From Botryllus schlosseri (lineage: Eukaryota), in the NCBI GenBank assembly GCA_051294905.1, contig CM119375.1, forward strand, positions 15,004,001-15,068,000: a stretch of DNA of 64,000 nt, written 5' to 3'. Position numbers and translations under genes: made by a program. The notes below the pieces were generated by a model. The model ran no database searches. It was not told the DNA's origin and worked only from the letters and a program-made list of their open reading frames with translations. Position 1 is the first letter of the stretch, and each line of letters begins with the position of its first letter. Shown piece after piece: positions 51,079 to 63,379 of the stretch.

Positions 51079-52254
51079 TATGTTCAAGAAAGTGCACCCA
51101 CGGGCTTTGATGAATCTCGAAAGGTTGTATTTATGAATCTCAATCCACGAGACGCGCAAGAGCAAGTTCAACTGCGGTACACTCCACAGACCCCAAGCTA
51201 TACAGTAACCGGCAAATGACCGGTACGGCGGTACTAAATGTATTGCGTTGACAACCTGTATTCGAGGACAGAATACACTCATCAAAACAAAACACAAAGC
51301 CTTGCATGGCATCAAAAGGTGTGAAAAGAAACTACAGCAGATCTACATCCTCTACACAGCCACAGCCGTCAAACAGCGAAATATACACTGCCATTGGGCA
51401 TTGGCTAGTACTGGAGTACATAATCTTATGTTATATCCCAGCCCTGTGTTCTGTTCTGTGTAGTATACACTGAGCTATAGTATATTTATTTCATTAGAGC
51501 CCGTAAAAATTCGATCAAGCGTGACAGAAACAGTGGATTGATGTTTGCAAATCTCTTCTTTGCCTTATTGGTGGTGTCATATTACTTACTTTTCAGAACG
51601 GATATCTTCGAGTCGATCGTATCTAAACTGGGCTCGCTGGGATAGTATTAACGTAATCGTTATAAACTTCAGAAAACAGCATCTGATCTGACTCATAACG
51701 CGCCAACCGTGACAAAACATGCGCTTTCGCTTCCCTGCCGCCAAGCCCGAGAATTCAATCGAGCAGTGCACAATATGCATCAGACGTCGTGACATGTGAA
51801 TTTCCGCAATACGGCTAGTAGAAGCGGTAGCAGTAACGGGATCGGAAAGGTCGTTCATACCACGGTTTGGAAACAACAAACGAATATTCTTGTTGCTTGG
51901 TGTTATGCTTAATATTGGTATCAGCTGATCGGCAATTCGCACCGCGGAAAGCAGGTTTTATTCGTTTCCAGTCGGTTACATGACTTTAGATAAGCTGACA
52001 TAAGTGACATTTTGGTGTCGATTGCTCTCGAAAATGACTCGGTAGTTGAATTTGTGGTAGGCGAGGCCACTGGCAATTGTTTTGTTTTTATGTGTGTGTC
52101 TGGAGTTTTCGTCACAAACATGGTTAATTGGTTATTGTTAACGGTTATACAAATTTCCTTCCTGACCTCTCTATCTGCAGTGAGTGGGCCAGTCATCGGG
52201 TTATATAGTGTCACACACCTTTTTCAACAGTGTAACAATATCAAAACTTGAAGA

Positions 52255-52521
52255 ATGTATAATAACAGCTCCTTCGCCAGAAGAAAGGCAATGTTGTCGT
52301 CCAATACGGGATACTACATGCGCGGAAGTATCAGCTCCTGTGGTGCGAGTGTGGACGGGTCAGAAGATGGAGACGCCTCGTCGATTTCCACAAAAAGCAC
52401 GAGGAGCACGAAAAGTTTCCGTAGTTGGAAAAAAGCGCAAATACAAAGACGGAAATTACAGAAGGCTGAGAGTCTTTGTGAATTCTCAAGCACAGCCGTC
52501 GGAGTAAATCGATCAAAGTAG
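52255..52521 (+). CDS. Candidate coding exon of an unidentified Ser-rich protein, head-to-head with TTC39
   Basis: 88-codon ATG ORF MYNNSSFARRK...DGSEDGDASSISTKSTRSTKSFRSWKK... with GC3 about 51%, an upstream acceptor (ctatctgcag, about 52180) and a possible donor at its end. No recognised homology. Confidence 0.35.
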   Translation: MYNNSSFARRKAMLSSNTGYYMRGSISSCGASVDGSEDGDASSISTKSTRSTKSFRSWKKAQIQRRKLQKAESLCEFSSTAVGVNRSK

Positions 52522-54079
52522 GATATAGTTATTGAAGTTGTCAATTTTTAACCTATTACCCACATCATCCACATAACGCTGGACAGGGTCAAAACTCTGT
52601 GAAAATATCTGGTGTTAATTCCATACAGGTCTGTAATTTTCCCAATACTATGTAAATATCATAGGCATGATCGCATTAAGCGCATTTTAGCTATTCGTTA
52701 AAGAACTTTCTTCCCGTCACGTTTCGACAACTAATTGCGTCGATCGACTAAATTTCTGGGAATGTTTTTAATTGCTGTAGTCTCCCGTTTGCTATATCCA
52801 TACGATATTCTGTGCATCCTTACTTGCCAAGGAAGCCGCACTATGCTCTACTGTGGCATTTATGTAGTGTAGCTCAACAATCTTCAGTAACAAAACGAAT
52901 CACCGTAATTCATGTTTGTAACAGAAGCATCGGTTAGTATGCTAATCGTTTAATGTACAATAGACGCGTCTATTGTTGGCGAAAATCGGAGTATTTGACA
53001 ACATTTCATTGGAACTAAACTGAATATCAAGCTTATCCATACAGTTGATATAACGACAGAGTGCAAGCTCATGACAATGGTTCCGATACAAAATCTGGTT
53101 TCGTGACATCCCGCACATCGCCAGCGTTGATTTCCAAATCCATGGTTATCTTGGTTCATAGGTTTGTGTCATTGAAAGTCTGCTTCGGCAGGCACATTCA
53201 AGGATGATAGGAACAGAGGCACACGACGCTTTTCAATCGTCAACGTTCGCGACTTCGTGATAAATTTGTAATAGATATATATATCGTGTTCGGTTTAAAT
53301 TCCTTTGGAATGATCATGATCATGATAGAAAAAAGCAGACTTGCGGTGATAATTAATCAAAAGATTTCTCGATTCACAATCACGATGACACTGAATGTCG
53401 TAACATTGAAAGAGTCTATGCATGAAGTCGTGTGTTCACTTCGCGGCCGTCCAGAATCCAGATTGCAGCAATAGCATGCGCTGCTTCGTCTTGTACTCAT
53501 TCAGTTTGGCGTTGAACTGCCCGCATCGTGCATATGATTTAATCACCTTCGCTTTTAGATAGTTAACCTAGTATCGTAAACAGATCCTGATAAAGTTGAA
53601 GTTGAACCACAGGTCAAGGACTCGCGAGCTAATTTCAAATCGGAAATCAACTTTCCATCACAGTACGGTACGGTTCCGTTGCGTGGTTTAATGCAACTTC
53701 GAGGTATCGTAGAATTGCCATTATTATCGATAATCTGCTAAGCAGTGCAGAAAGACGTTACGATTACATTCCTCTGGCCGTTAGAAGTTCCGATGCTGCT
53801 AATTAGTAGAGATACAGTGGAATTGTTGATGAATTAATTAGTCCTGAGGAGCGTTGCTGTCTAGCCCAGAGGTTCTCAAACTCCGTTACGTGTCAACTTT
53901 CTTGTCTGTCCGCCAGATCGATTACAAGTTTATGTATCAATTGCAAAATACAAGAAGTTTGGCGCTTGTCCATTAATTAGAGAAATGAAATGTTTAATTG
54001 ATTTAGAAATGTGATGCGTACTTTTCTGCATGGTGTCGTCACAGTGCTGTAAGTGTTGCAGTACTGCAACTCATTTAAC

Positions 54080-54437
54080 TAGGGTTACCATACGTCCTCC
54101 TTTTTCAGGTTTTTGAAAATGTCCTCCTTTTTGAGATTTTGTCCTCTTTTTGAGAATTTTGGTCAAATGTACCGTCAGATTGGAGCTACCGTAAATCAGC
54201 ACCTAAGTAAAGCTCCGGCGGGTATTTCGGGAGCTGAGCCGGAAAAATGACCTTTTTTTAGTCAACCACCCAGGTGAAGGAAAAAACTGTATTTTGAGGG
54301 CTGAGTGAGAAAGTTGACATTTTATTTAGTCAACCGACCACAAAGTGAAAAAAATTTGCCATTTTCTCGAGATTTTTCTCCGGAATTCTGGGTTTGAAGA
54401 TTTTGAAAAATGCCGATTCCAAAATATGGTAACCATA
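54080..54437. mobile_element. TAGGGTTACCAT-TIR MITE copy
   Basis: tagggttaccatacgtcctcc ... aaaatatggtaaccata, with two TGAC-Tn-AGTCAAC modules. Confidence 0.8.
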
Positions 54438-56272
54438 TTTCAAGACCACTTGTATGTGAAAGATAAGAAGACTTCGTAAGCAAAATTCGTTAAATGCGGA
54501 CAGTACAATTTAGCTACATTTATCAGTACAATAGAGGCTAATAAACAACAAAGTCGCAGTTCTTTCATAAGAAACTGAACAATCGAAATGAAGCTATAGA
54601 GAAGCTATATTTCTATAGAACACAATTTCTAGGACACTTGTAATATTGAAAAGACAGCAGATATTTTCTGACTGAATTGTTTCCAATATTTGCATTTAAG
54701 TTACGCATATTTGTTGTAATTACATGGACAGTTAATTTTTGTTTTTGAGGGTTCACCGGTCCGAAAAATGTGTATTGGAATTCTACCGGTCCCAAAACTT
54801 AACAGGTTGGGAAGCACGGATCTAACCTATATCATGTGTTCACACCCCGTTTCATTCGAACTTACAGAAAAATAAGAGGAGTAATTACATGATAGTTTGT
54901 ACTTTTAGTCTAAAATTGTAACTACCACGGTAATGACTTTATTCCACGACTTATATTAATGATCAAATTTTAATAACATTCATAAAGCGAACGCGATAGG
55001 GAAGATGCTCTTATTTCGTGCCCGCGCAAATTCAGGATGCAATGCTGAGGTGGCGTTCTTGTAGCCGTGTTTTGAAGTACAATCCCATTGAGGCGATATC
55101 TGATTCGAGTAGATATTGAACACCACACGAACTGCTGGTTCCGCATACATGACCTGTGGTGAATTGGATTTTATGCGCTAGGCCAAACCCGATTTGAATG
55201 GAAACCATTTGATTAATACTGCTCCTCGTAACCATAGCCCCGTGAAACACTTCTGGTTGATCATTCTCAACGCTGATTTAATTTGTAGGAGTCACAAGAA
55301 GGTCTCCGGGTACGAGTTGAAGAGCCGCATGACAGAACAAGGTTTGATGTTATTTTTATCAGTTGAACGCAGTATTTATGCTCAATGCTGATGTTACTCA
55401 TTCCTCTAAATTGCGTTTAAAATGATGTCTTACTTTCAACATACAAATGTTTGCCGATATCGAGAACAGCATTTGGTATATCAATACGAGATAAGCCATA
55501 TTTTTCACGGGTTATGTAGTGAAATTGCATGAATAGCGTGACCCACTCACTAGCATGTCTGTGTTTCGTGAAATTTTCCGAAGACTCGTGAGTGAGAACG
55601 ATATAATTTTAATAATGCCGCATATAAACATGTCCCGGATATACGCACTAAAATGGGAGGTGCTAAAAATTCTTCTGGCGGGCCAAATACAGATGAATTA
55701 TGTTAACGCCTTGGCCTCAAACTATATAGGTGAATATTTGTATGCGATTCTTGTGTGTACCACCGTATCCTAACTTTTTCGAATACCATACCAAATTGTG
55801 GGTGTCGGGCGGATAAATTCTACAACACCATGACCAATGCTTGCCATTATCCGTTCATGCTGTTCTTTCATTTCTAGTGACAGCAGGAAATCCAATAGAA
55901 ATTTAGATTTAGGCAAACTTTTTGGCTCGGGGCCGTACTTTCGTAAATAAAGATTATTAGCCAAAACGCAATATTTTATCTAATTATACATAGTGACCGC
56001 GGACATATGGAGATAATATAATTGTGTATTTAAAACGAATTAAATATGCGGGTCAGAAACATTGACAAGATCTTATAAGCTGGTCGTCCACAATAACTAA
56101 TTTGTCAAAATTAGCGATGAAAATCGCTCGTGTAACAGGATGGAAATTTTAGTCTGTGGACAACAACCTGCTCAGTGCTCAGCTGTACTGATTCTACTGT
56201 TGCCTTACCTCCACGACACACAATGCTGACAGCATCATACCATGCTACCTTTAAATACGTTTATATTGATAA

Positions 56273-57056
56273 CACTGTGCTGCGCTGGAAAATTATTGTT
56301 CAAAGTTCAAACATGTTTCAACTGGTTTCGTATCCATTTTTTTGCGCTGAAGTCAAAAGTCAAAAATGAAACCAGTATTTTTCAATCAGGTCAAGTTTTT
56401 CTTCATCACATATTCAATTATGCTAGCTTTGGTCGTTATTGTACACAAAGAAATTTTAAGTTCTGTGGTAGCTTAAATTGGTCATGGTCATTGGTCATAC
56501 CTGTATATATCTGCAAGATGGTATTTTTATTTGAATTAAAGGTTTTGCAATGACGGCCGTTTTAAATACTACTAAAATATAATAACACCTGTAGTTGAAA
56601 TAAAAGCACTTACAACCAACCAAGAAAGCATAATTTTGTTCAATGACGCTCAGCCTAACAGAAGAAGGTAAAACTTAATATGTTACACTATAGACACGTA
56701 AACACTTAACACAAATGTGTTTTAAATGCGAAATCCTTGCCTATATCAATGTGTGAAGTGTGAAATGAAAACGAAATAACCGTTGTGCGGAGAAACGAAG
56801 AAACCGTTGTGCGGAACATGATGATAAATTATACTGATACTGATATTCCGACGATAAATGCAATAACAATATATGATGTAAATGATTTATGCTGACAATA
56901 AATGTTGCTTCAAAGATTTCCTTCCATGTGGAGTTATTGGGATCTCTCTTTAAACACCAACGGTAATCTGCAAACATGTTAAAGTTCCTGTATCCTTGAT
57001 ACCTTTCTTCCATCTGGCGAAAGTCTTGGCGGAATCTCTCTCCTTGTTATTCACTG
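56273..57056 (-). mobile_element. 3' fragment of a Chapaev3-like DNA transposon
   Basis: Remnant QGERFRQDFRQMEERYQGYRNFNMFADYRWCLKRD resembles the recalled GERFHQDIxxMExRYQG...ADYCWxLxRD transposase C-terminus. Ends in ...CAGTG flanked by TAA (TWA-type TSD). Superfamily assignment is from memory. Confidence 0.65.
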
Positions 57057-57071
57057 TAATAATCATCACTG

Positions 57072-57302
57072 GGGCAAGTTTTTGCAACTTTATTTTACAG
57101 CTTCCGGCAGCTTCCTAAATACTCGGAACATATGTAGAATGCTGTTTAAGCTGTTTGGAGGAATCTTATAGTGCAACTTTTTGCAACTTTTGTCCATTTT
57201 TTTCATGCAACTTTTTGCAACATTTTGCAACTTTTTCGATATCCCATGAAAATATTTCCTATTTCGGTCAAATACACGGCCACATTCGACTGAAATACCG
57301 TA
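57072..57302. mobile_element. Half copy of the TAGGGCAA MITE (reverse complement of about 34620-34806)
   Basis: ggggcaagtttttgcaac...tgcaactttttgcaacttttgtccattt...aaatacacggccacattcgactgaaa aligns with the 33548-34806 element. Confidence 0.8.
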
Positions 57303-57505
57303 AGTCAGTCGTATTGTCATCAGGTATCCTTCTGTTCGCTTTTCTTTATAGTAACGCAGTGTAGCTCGGATGTTGTTGAGGATGTATTCCAGGCGCATGT
57401 TGCTGGGTCGGGTTCGGTTCGTATTCTGCTATGTATCCGGCCTGCTGTTCGGTGTTGTCTATCCGGTGGCGCGTCCAGAGCTCTGAGTAAAAGGATTTGA
57501 CATGG

Positions 57506-58630
57506 TTAGCGATCTTGGACTTTGTCTGTTGTTATTGTCCCGTCGTCTATTTGTAGCTCCTTCATGTCGGTTTGTTTCGTTCTTTTTCGGAACTGCGCCC
57601 ACAGCGATCGATGCGAGTTTCTTTCTCCTTCAAGATTATCAGAGCGGGTTAGCATCGTAAGTTTTCCTCTTACTTTTTGGTATTTTAGGCTCGGGTCGGT
57701 CTTTTTTCTCTTATCTATTTCATACCTTTTGCTTAGGTTAGCGATCTTTCTTTTTAGTTCGTCCCACCACTCTTGGAGTGATTCACGCTTGTCTAGATTG
57801 GCTTCCTCCGTATTGATAAAATTGGCTATGATTTCTCTGTATATCTTGTCTGATAACAGATCTTTATTACATTTCCATTTTTTCTTGTTCCATTTGGTTG
57901 CTGGTTGGAGTCTGAGGGTCATGGAGGGGCTTATGTGATCTGCTACGTTGTTATTTTCGTGACCCGAATGTGTGACGTCATCAGCTATTTCTTCTGTTAC
58001 ATAAATTCTGTCAATTCTTCTGGCGCTTTTGGCAGTCACGTGGGTGAATATTTCGACTTTGGGATATTTTAGTCTAAAGATGTCTACCATATTGGATTGG
58101 GATACTATTTCTTGGAGTATTCTTGTGTCATTTCTAATTTCGAAGCTCCTTTTTTCTTTCGTATCTTTTTTGTCTAATATGGTATTAAAGTCACCTCCCA
58201 TAATTATGGAGTCATCGATTTCATTGATATATTCTTTTAGCGCGGTCAGGAAGTCAGTTCTATTTTTTCGGGTTGGGCCTGATTGTCCGGATGGGACATG
58301 AACGTTCAGGACAGCTATTGGACATTGGTCTAGTCTGATTAGGAGGCATTGGGCCCTGTTTTCTATGATAATAGTATGTGAAAGGATTTTACCTTGGCAG
58401 TCCTTCCTCATCATTGTGGCTGTGCCGTCGAATTGCCTTCTTTTGCTTTTCGAGTTGAGGTGTATAGTGAATCCCAGTTTTTCAGCCCATTCCATCGCGG
58501 CTGTTTTGTCGATTCTGTGGGTTTCTTGTATGAGCAGTACATCCGGACTCGATTTGAGTATGTACTGTTCTAAATCGTTCAGTCTATTTGAAAGTCCGTT
58601 TACGTTGATCGAGGCTACTTTGATTTTCAT
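57506..58630 (-). pseudogene. LINE ORF2 N-terminal part: apurinic-like endonuclease plus linker (374 aa open)
   Basis: KVASINVNGL, DVLLIQETH, VLNVHVP, IMGGDFNTIL, DIFRLKYP, FTH..ARRIDRIYV, ADH, KWKCN..LL, WWDELKRKI are APE/L1-Tx1 motifs. Confidence 0.92.
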
Positions 58631-59815
58631 TATTTCTTTGAGTTGTCTGGCGATAGCGATAGGTCGGTATCGTAGCCGTCTGTGCTGTCATGTTTTGTTT
58701 TCTTCTCTGATATTGTTTCAGCACTGGTGTTGCCGGACGACCCTCGTGCTCTTTTGTTAGATTCTGATACCAGCGAGTCTTGGTCTATAATCGTTTCGTT
58801 ATGGTCATCAAAAGGTTCGGTTTCTGAGCTGACTCGTGGATTCGAGTCTCCTTGCCTTTCCTGTATGTGTGACGAGGCAGGGCTATCTTCTATGTCCGTT
58901 GGTGCTCTTGTTTGGTCTACCTTCGGTTTTGGTAGTTGGTTCCCGGGTTTCGAAGTTATCTCCGTTTTTTTGCTGTTTTTGAGCGCATGAACACGCTTGT
59001 TTTCCTTCGCTCTGGCTTTTCCGACTTGTACGAACCAGTCGCATATCGCCCCGTTGTTTTGGCTATCGTTACTAGGTTGCTCAAGTCTGACGTCATTCGT
59101 AGTGCCGAGTCTGATTCTGTTTTCTTCTGGTAATTTTTTGGCTTCTGTGTTTTTGCCTGCATCTGTTTCGATGTTTTCTTCGTTTTTGTTTTCCTCGTTT
59201 TTTCTCTGACATTCTCTTGCCACGTGGCCTTCCTCGTTACAGAGGTAGCATCTCTTTTTATAGACGTCTTCAGCGGTTCTGATTTGGCATGGGTAACCGT
59301 CGATTTAGATAATCGATGGCATTTTATCCTTATCGAAGGATTCGACCCATATGTTGGTTCGCCCATTGTAGATTCGAGTGTTTTTTCTGTATACTCTGGT
59401 TAGAGCGACTACTGTGCCGAAGCCTTGGCTGTTTATATCTCGTCTTACGGATGGTGGTTCCGTTTCTGTCGGTTTTCCGCTTGCTATGAGATGGGTGGCT
59501 GGTGGTCTTGGAAGTTCCATCCGTATATATCTGAAGCTATGGCCTTCTAGCCCTTGTTTCTCTATTTGTGCGTATAGAGCGTCTCTGGTTTTTGAGCCGT
59601 TTTTGTCTTTGAAGAAGGACATGATGTACATTCCCCTTCTCATTTCCCAGAGGGATTCGATTTTGTCGATGTAGCGTTTGGCTATCTCGTTTTCGCAGAG
59701 ATCGTCCCATATTTCTTCATATTTTGCATCCTCAGGCACTCTAAGAAATAGTGATCTCGGCCTGTGGTGATGTACTGCTGGTCTAGGAGTGTTTCTCCTA
59801 GTGATATTACGAAAT
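58630..59815 (-). pseudogene. LINE ORF1 (gag-like, zinc knuckle) with one premature TAA at 59307-59305; start codon not seen
   Basis: ...RIYNGRTNIWV..KMPSII*IDGYPCQIRTAEDVYKKRCYLCNEEGHVAREC... is CX2CX4HX4C in the same frame across the stop, followed by a low-complexity tail. Confidence 0.85.
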
Positions 59816-59948
59816 ATTAAAGAGAGAGAGAGAAATCAGATTGCTAGCAATCCCAACGGATAATTTGATGGCATTGAAGGTTATGGCTATTTATAAGAGA
59901 ATTCCAAAATATTAAATTCGGACAAGAGACAATAGATATACCATGAGC

Positions 59949-60800
59949 CAGTGTTGGGATGACTCGAGTCACCTTTTTTGTATGACTTGACTTGACTCGA
60001 CGTTTCAAAAATGCAGATTGACTCGTGACTCGAAAAATAATTTATGAGTCAATTTCAAGTCATCAAGTAATCGATGTCGACTAAATCGCTGTATTTTGTA
60101 TAAGTTCGGATTGTTAACGATACGCCGGTGTGACCTGTGAGAGCAATCAATTATTTGATGATTGTGCGTTTTACACAATTAAATCACAAATAAATTGATC
60201 TCAAGCGCAGTGATCGGAGCTTACTTTCTCGTAAGCTAGTATGATAAAGTAATATACTAGCAATACATCTGTGCTCTATAGACTGCTCACGGTGCCCAGT
60301 GCTCACCTCAACCAACCCTCTTGTATGATTTAAATCGAACGAATATCGTCCATACGTATATAATTGCATATCATGGATATGTAGCTGGGTAGGGTATTGC
60401 ACCATATCATTTTCAACTTCCTGAGGTTTCGTATTGCATCCTATATTTTGGATGATAATTGTAGACGCAATGTCGTTATACTTGCGTAGTTCGGATGTTT
60501 TGCTTATTCGTGAGCTATACAGTGTCTTTTTTAAACTATCTTTTCATTCCTCGATTCAGAATATATAGGGACTCCATCTGTATGCAAAACAGCTGGCAAA
60601 AGCAATCACTTTGAATAATATCTCGTACTTTCAAAATTCAACTTGACTCGACTAGTGACTTGACTCGTGACTTGACTTGACTTGACTCGACTTGACTCGA
60701 GTCACCTCCAAAAATTGGGTGATTGACTTGACTCGAGTCAAAATGTGCAATGACTTGAGATGACTCGTGACTCGAAGGTAATGACTTGATCCCAACACTG
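59949..60800. mobile_element. CAGTGTTGGGAT family hAT element (copy 3, 852 bp)
   Basis: TIR cagtgttgggat / atcccaacactg. Perfect TSD CCATGAGC. Confidence 0.93.
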
Positions 60801-60859
60801 CCATGAGCTTGAGGTAAATGGCGCCAAGTGCGAAAATTTTTTCAGGTAACAGCGGCTTC

Positions 60860-60904
60860 TCGTCCCCCTCAGATGCTTTCGCGCCCCCACTTTGAGAAAC
60901 ACTG
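60860..60904. mobile_element. Isolated hAT terminus
   Basis: gcgcccccactttgagaaacactg, a typical CAGTGTTTCTCAAA end in reverse. The other end was not located. Confidence 0.45.
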
Positions 60905-61489
60905 CTATAGGGAATGGTCTTCGTCATAATGGAAATATTTTCTAAACTTTTCATCAAAACGTCATTGCTAAATTCTTTTTATGACGTCACAAATCTTGAT
61001 CGCATAACGCTGAAAGCTGCAGTTTTCGAAAATTCATATGCAATTTCAAAAATCTAGACCTGATTGAAGAAAACGGTTTTGGATTCAGCATCAAAGGGTA
61101 CACTTAGAACCGCCTATACTTCAGTAACGTCAAAATTAAGGCAGCACAGTGTAATATACTTCTACACATTTCGAGGACGAATCTACCTAACACGCGCGCG
61201 AATCGGGTTTTCCAAGCTTAGTACTAAAAGTAATAAACTAGCTGAAGTTTCTAATTCAAAATCGCTCTCTTGAACAGAATGCCATTTCTGTTTTGACTTT
61301 CTGTGATGCTTAGCAAGTCAGTCATTTAAAAATACGTGGACCTTGAGGTCAGACTATTGCGGCAGCAACAAAAATAAGAAGTGAGTATCATAGCAATAGT
61401 ATAACTTATCATTGTCATGGTGAAATAGATTAAGAAAAAGTTTAATCAAGTCGCCGCAACAAATCGGTTTTTAGTACGCATTTTTCTTG

Positions 61490-61551
61490 AGGGTTTCGGG
61501 GGCCGTACAAAACGGTGTTGCGGCCCACGGGCCGTAGTTTGCCCACCCCTG
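61490..61551. mobile_element. Isolated Charlie-like hAT terminus
   Basis: ggggccg...gcggcccacgggccgtagtttgcccacccctg. Confidence 0.5.
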
Positions 61552-62047
61552 CCATACACTATGATAAACGCCACAAGTATTTTATCGACGAATCTTATAT
61601 TATTAATTGCCCGATAACGAAGTGACTGATTGATATCAAATTCGTGCGTGTTGACTGCTGATATGTCCCGTCTGTTGACTGCTTTCATTATTGTTATGTA
61701 AGACTGCGTGAGAGTGTGTGTCACCTTCGGGCTGGTCGCCATACGAGTTCTAATGCAGTTACCAGCGATCGATAAGTTATTCGTGTCCCGTGAACTAATG
61801 ACCCGTCTCTTTAATTAAATCATCGTGACAACGCGACAACAGTTAGCGGTTAAGACATCTGACCCGTTCATGTCAATTAACTAGGACCAGGAAAATTCGA
61901 TTCTGAAGAGTATCAAGTCTCGAGTCGAGCACCTTTCATAATGAAGCCAGAAAAGAACATTCATTCGACCTAAATATAAGTCCACTTACACTATATTCAT
62001 TCAGATAATCAGACCACGTCTTGCCATATTTCATATCGCATTTATGA

Positions 62048-62247
62048 TAGGGTTACCATCCTATAGCCAAAACGGACGTTCGAGCGGGTCATTCGGGAGT
62101 CGAATGAAAGTGATGACCTTTTTTTTAGTCAACTCAACAAAATTTCCAGTAAATATTGCAAAATCGGCTGTTTTCATTTTCGATCAACTAACTTTTATGA
62201 TTTGGTGAAAGTGCCCTCCTTCCCGATTCTAAAATATGGTGGCCCTA
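62048..62247. mobile_element. Short TAGGGTTACCAT-TIR MITE (200 bp); another fragment at about 62780-62975
   Basis: tagggttaccat ... atatggtggcccta. Degenerate TSD ATTTATGA / GTTTACGA. Confidence 0.7.
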
Positions 62248-63235
62248 GTTTACGACAATGCTTCGGGTCGAAGCACTTCGTTACTGACTACTTCTGTACG
62301 AAAGCGTGCCGGTTCTCAAACTGCACTGTGTACCAACAACAATGTTGAAATACCAAAACCATTTAAATAGTATTTTCACGCAAAACAGAAAGATTGTAAT
62401 GAATATTCACCGCAAATCAGCGTGAACTCTATGAGTCGGGTGTGTGTCTTGGACTCCGCCGAACCAATTTTTGGTGGCTCGATTTGAATCGATTTCACTC
62501 GAGGCAATTTGTGTATTGCCTCGACTTTAGGGTTATCATATGTCTTCTTTTAGGAGGAATTGTTTCCAGAATTTCTTCCCAAGTGTTGGAGGTTTATCTA
62601 GGCTCCCCTTCGCCATCCAATCCGCGTAAGCGGTGTCTCGAAAAAGCCTAGAAGTGGGCTGTGCCACAAGTCGGCAGATCAGGAATCAATATAAAGAATA
62701 TCGGCCTGGTGTAAATGACCATAGTAGTGGAAAAACACCATGAAAACCACAAATTTTGGTTAAATGTATCTGAAAATTAGACTGAGATATAGGAAATCAG
62801 CACTCAAGTAACGGTCCGGCGGTCTTTCGGAAGTTAGCCAGAAAGATGACCTTTTTTTAGTCAACCAACGATAAACTAGGAGTAAATCTACCAATTTTCC
62901 CGAATTTTTTTCCGATATTGTAAGTCTGAAAATTTTGAAATAGTGTCCTCTTTTCAGACTCCCAAATTATGGTAAAACGACTTGTACTCTAGTCGTTGAC
63001 TCAACCACGTCATAGAACACGACGCAGGCATTTAATTGTAACTGCGAATAATAGTAAGCTATACTTCATCATAGGTGTTTCGACTATTAGTACTGGTGTT
63101 TGGAAAATAGGGTCAAAAACTGTAAACTCAGGAAAATTATTACATGATATATGCGAGGCATTCAACATCACCCAAACAGAGTCGTATAAAAGTGAGTTGA
63201 ATAGGATTGAACTTGAAAATGAACAGTGGACACAA

Positions 63236-63379
63236 TGACTTGGACTCGGACTCGAACCTTTGAATCCTGGCTTGACTCGGTGGTGAATTGAAATTGACCC
63301 GACTATAGACTCGAGTCAAAACTATAAAAGTATGATTGACTTGTGACTCGAGACCATGTGACTTGGTTATAGAACCCTG
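63236..63379. mobile_element. Truncated inverted copy of the 7613-8179 hAT family
   Basis: gactcgagtcaaaactataaaagtatgattgacttgtgactcgag...cttggttatagaaccctg is the reverse complement of the 7613 start. Confidence 0.8.

Larger units (their letters stand above)
57305..59815 (-). mobile_element. Tx1-clade (L1 group) non-LTR retrotransposon, 5' half only
   Basis: ORF1 with CCHC knuckle followed by an APE endonuclease ORF2, a linker (IANHVKSFYSELW after a frameshift) and a short RT fragment (ILNNIRATLRYYKEKRTEGYLMTI) cut off just before the DxxKAFD motif. Confidence 0.88.

Noticed and set aside
54990-55330. Long minus-strand frame interrupted by two stops
   Set aside because: It may be a decayed coding remnant, but no family could be recognised.
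57522-59674. Several plus-strand ORFs rich in S/F/L
   Set aside because: They are antisense shadows of the A-rich LINE ORF1/ORF2.
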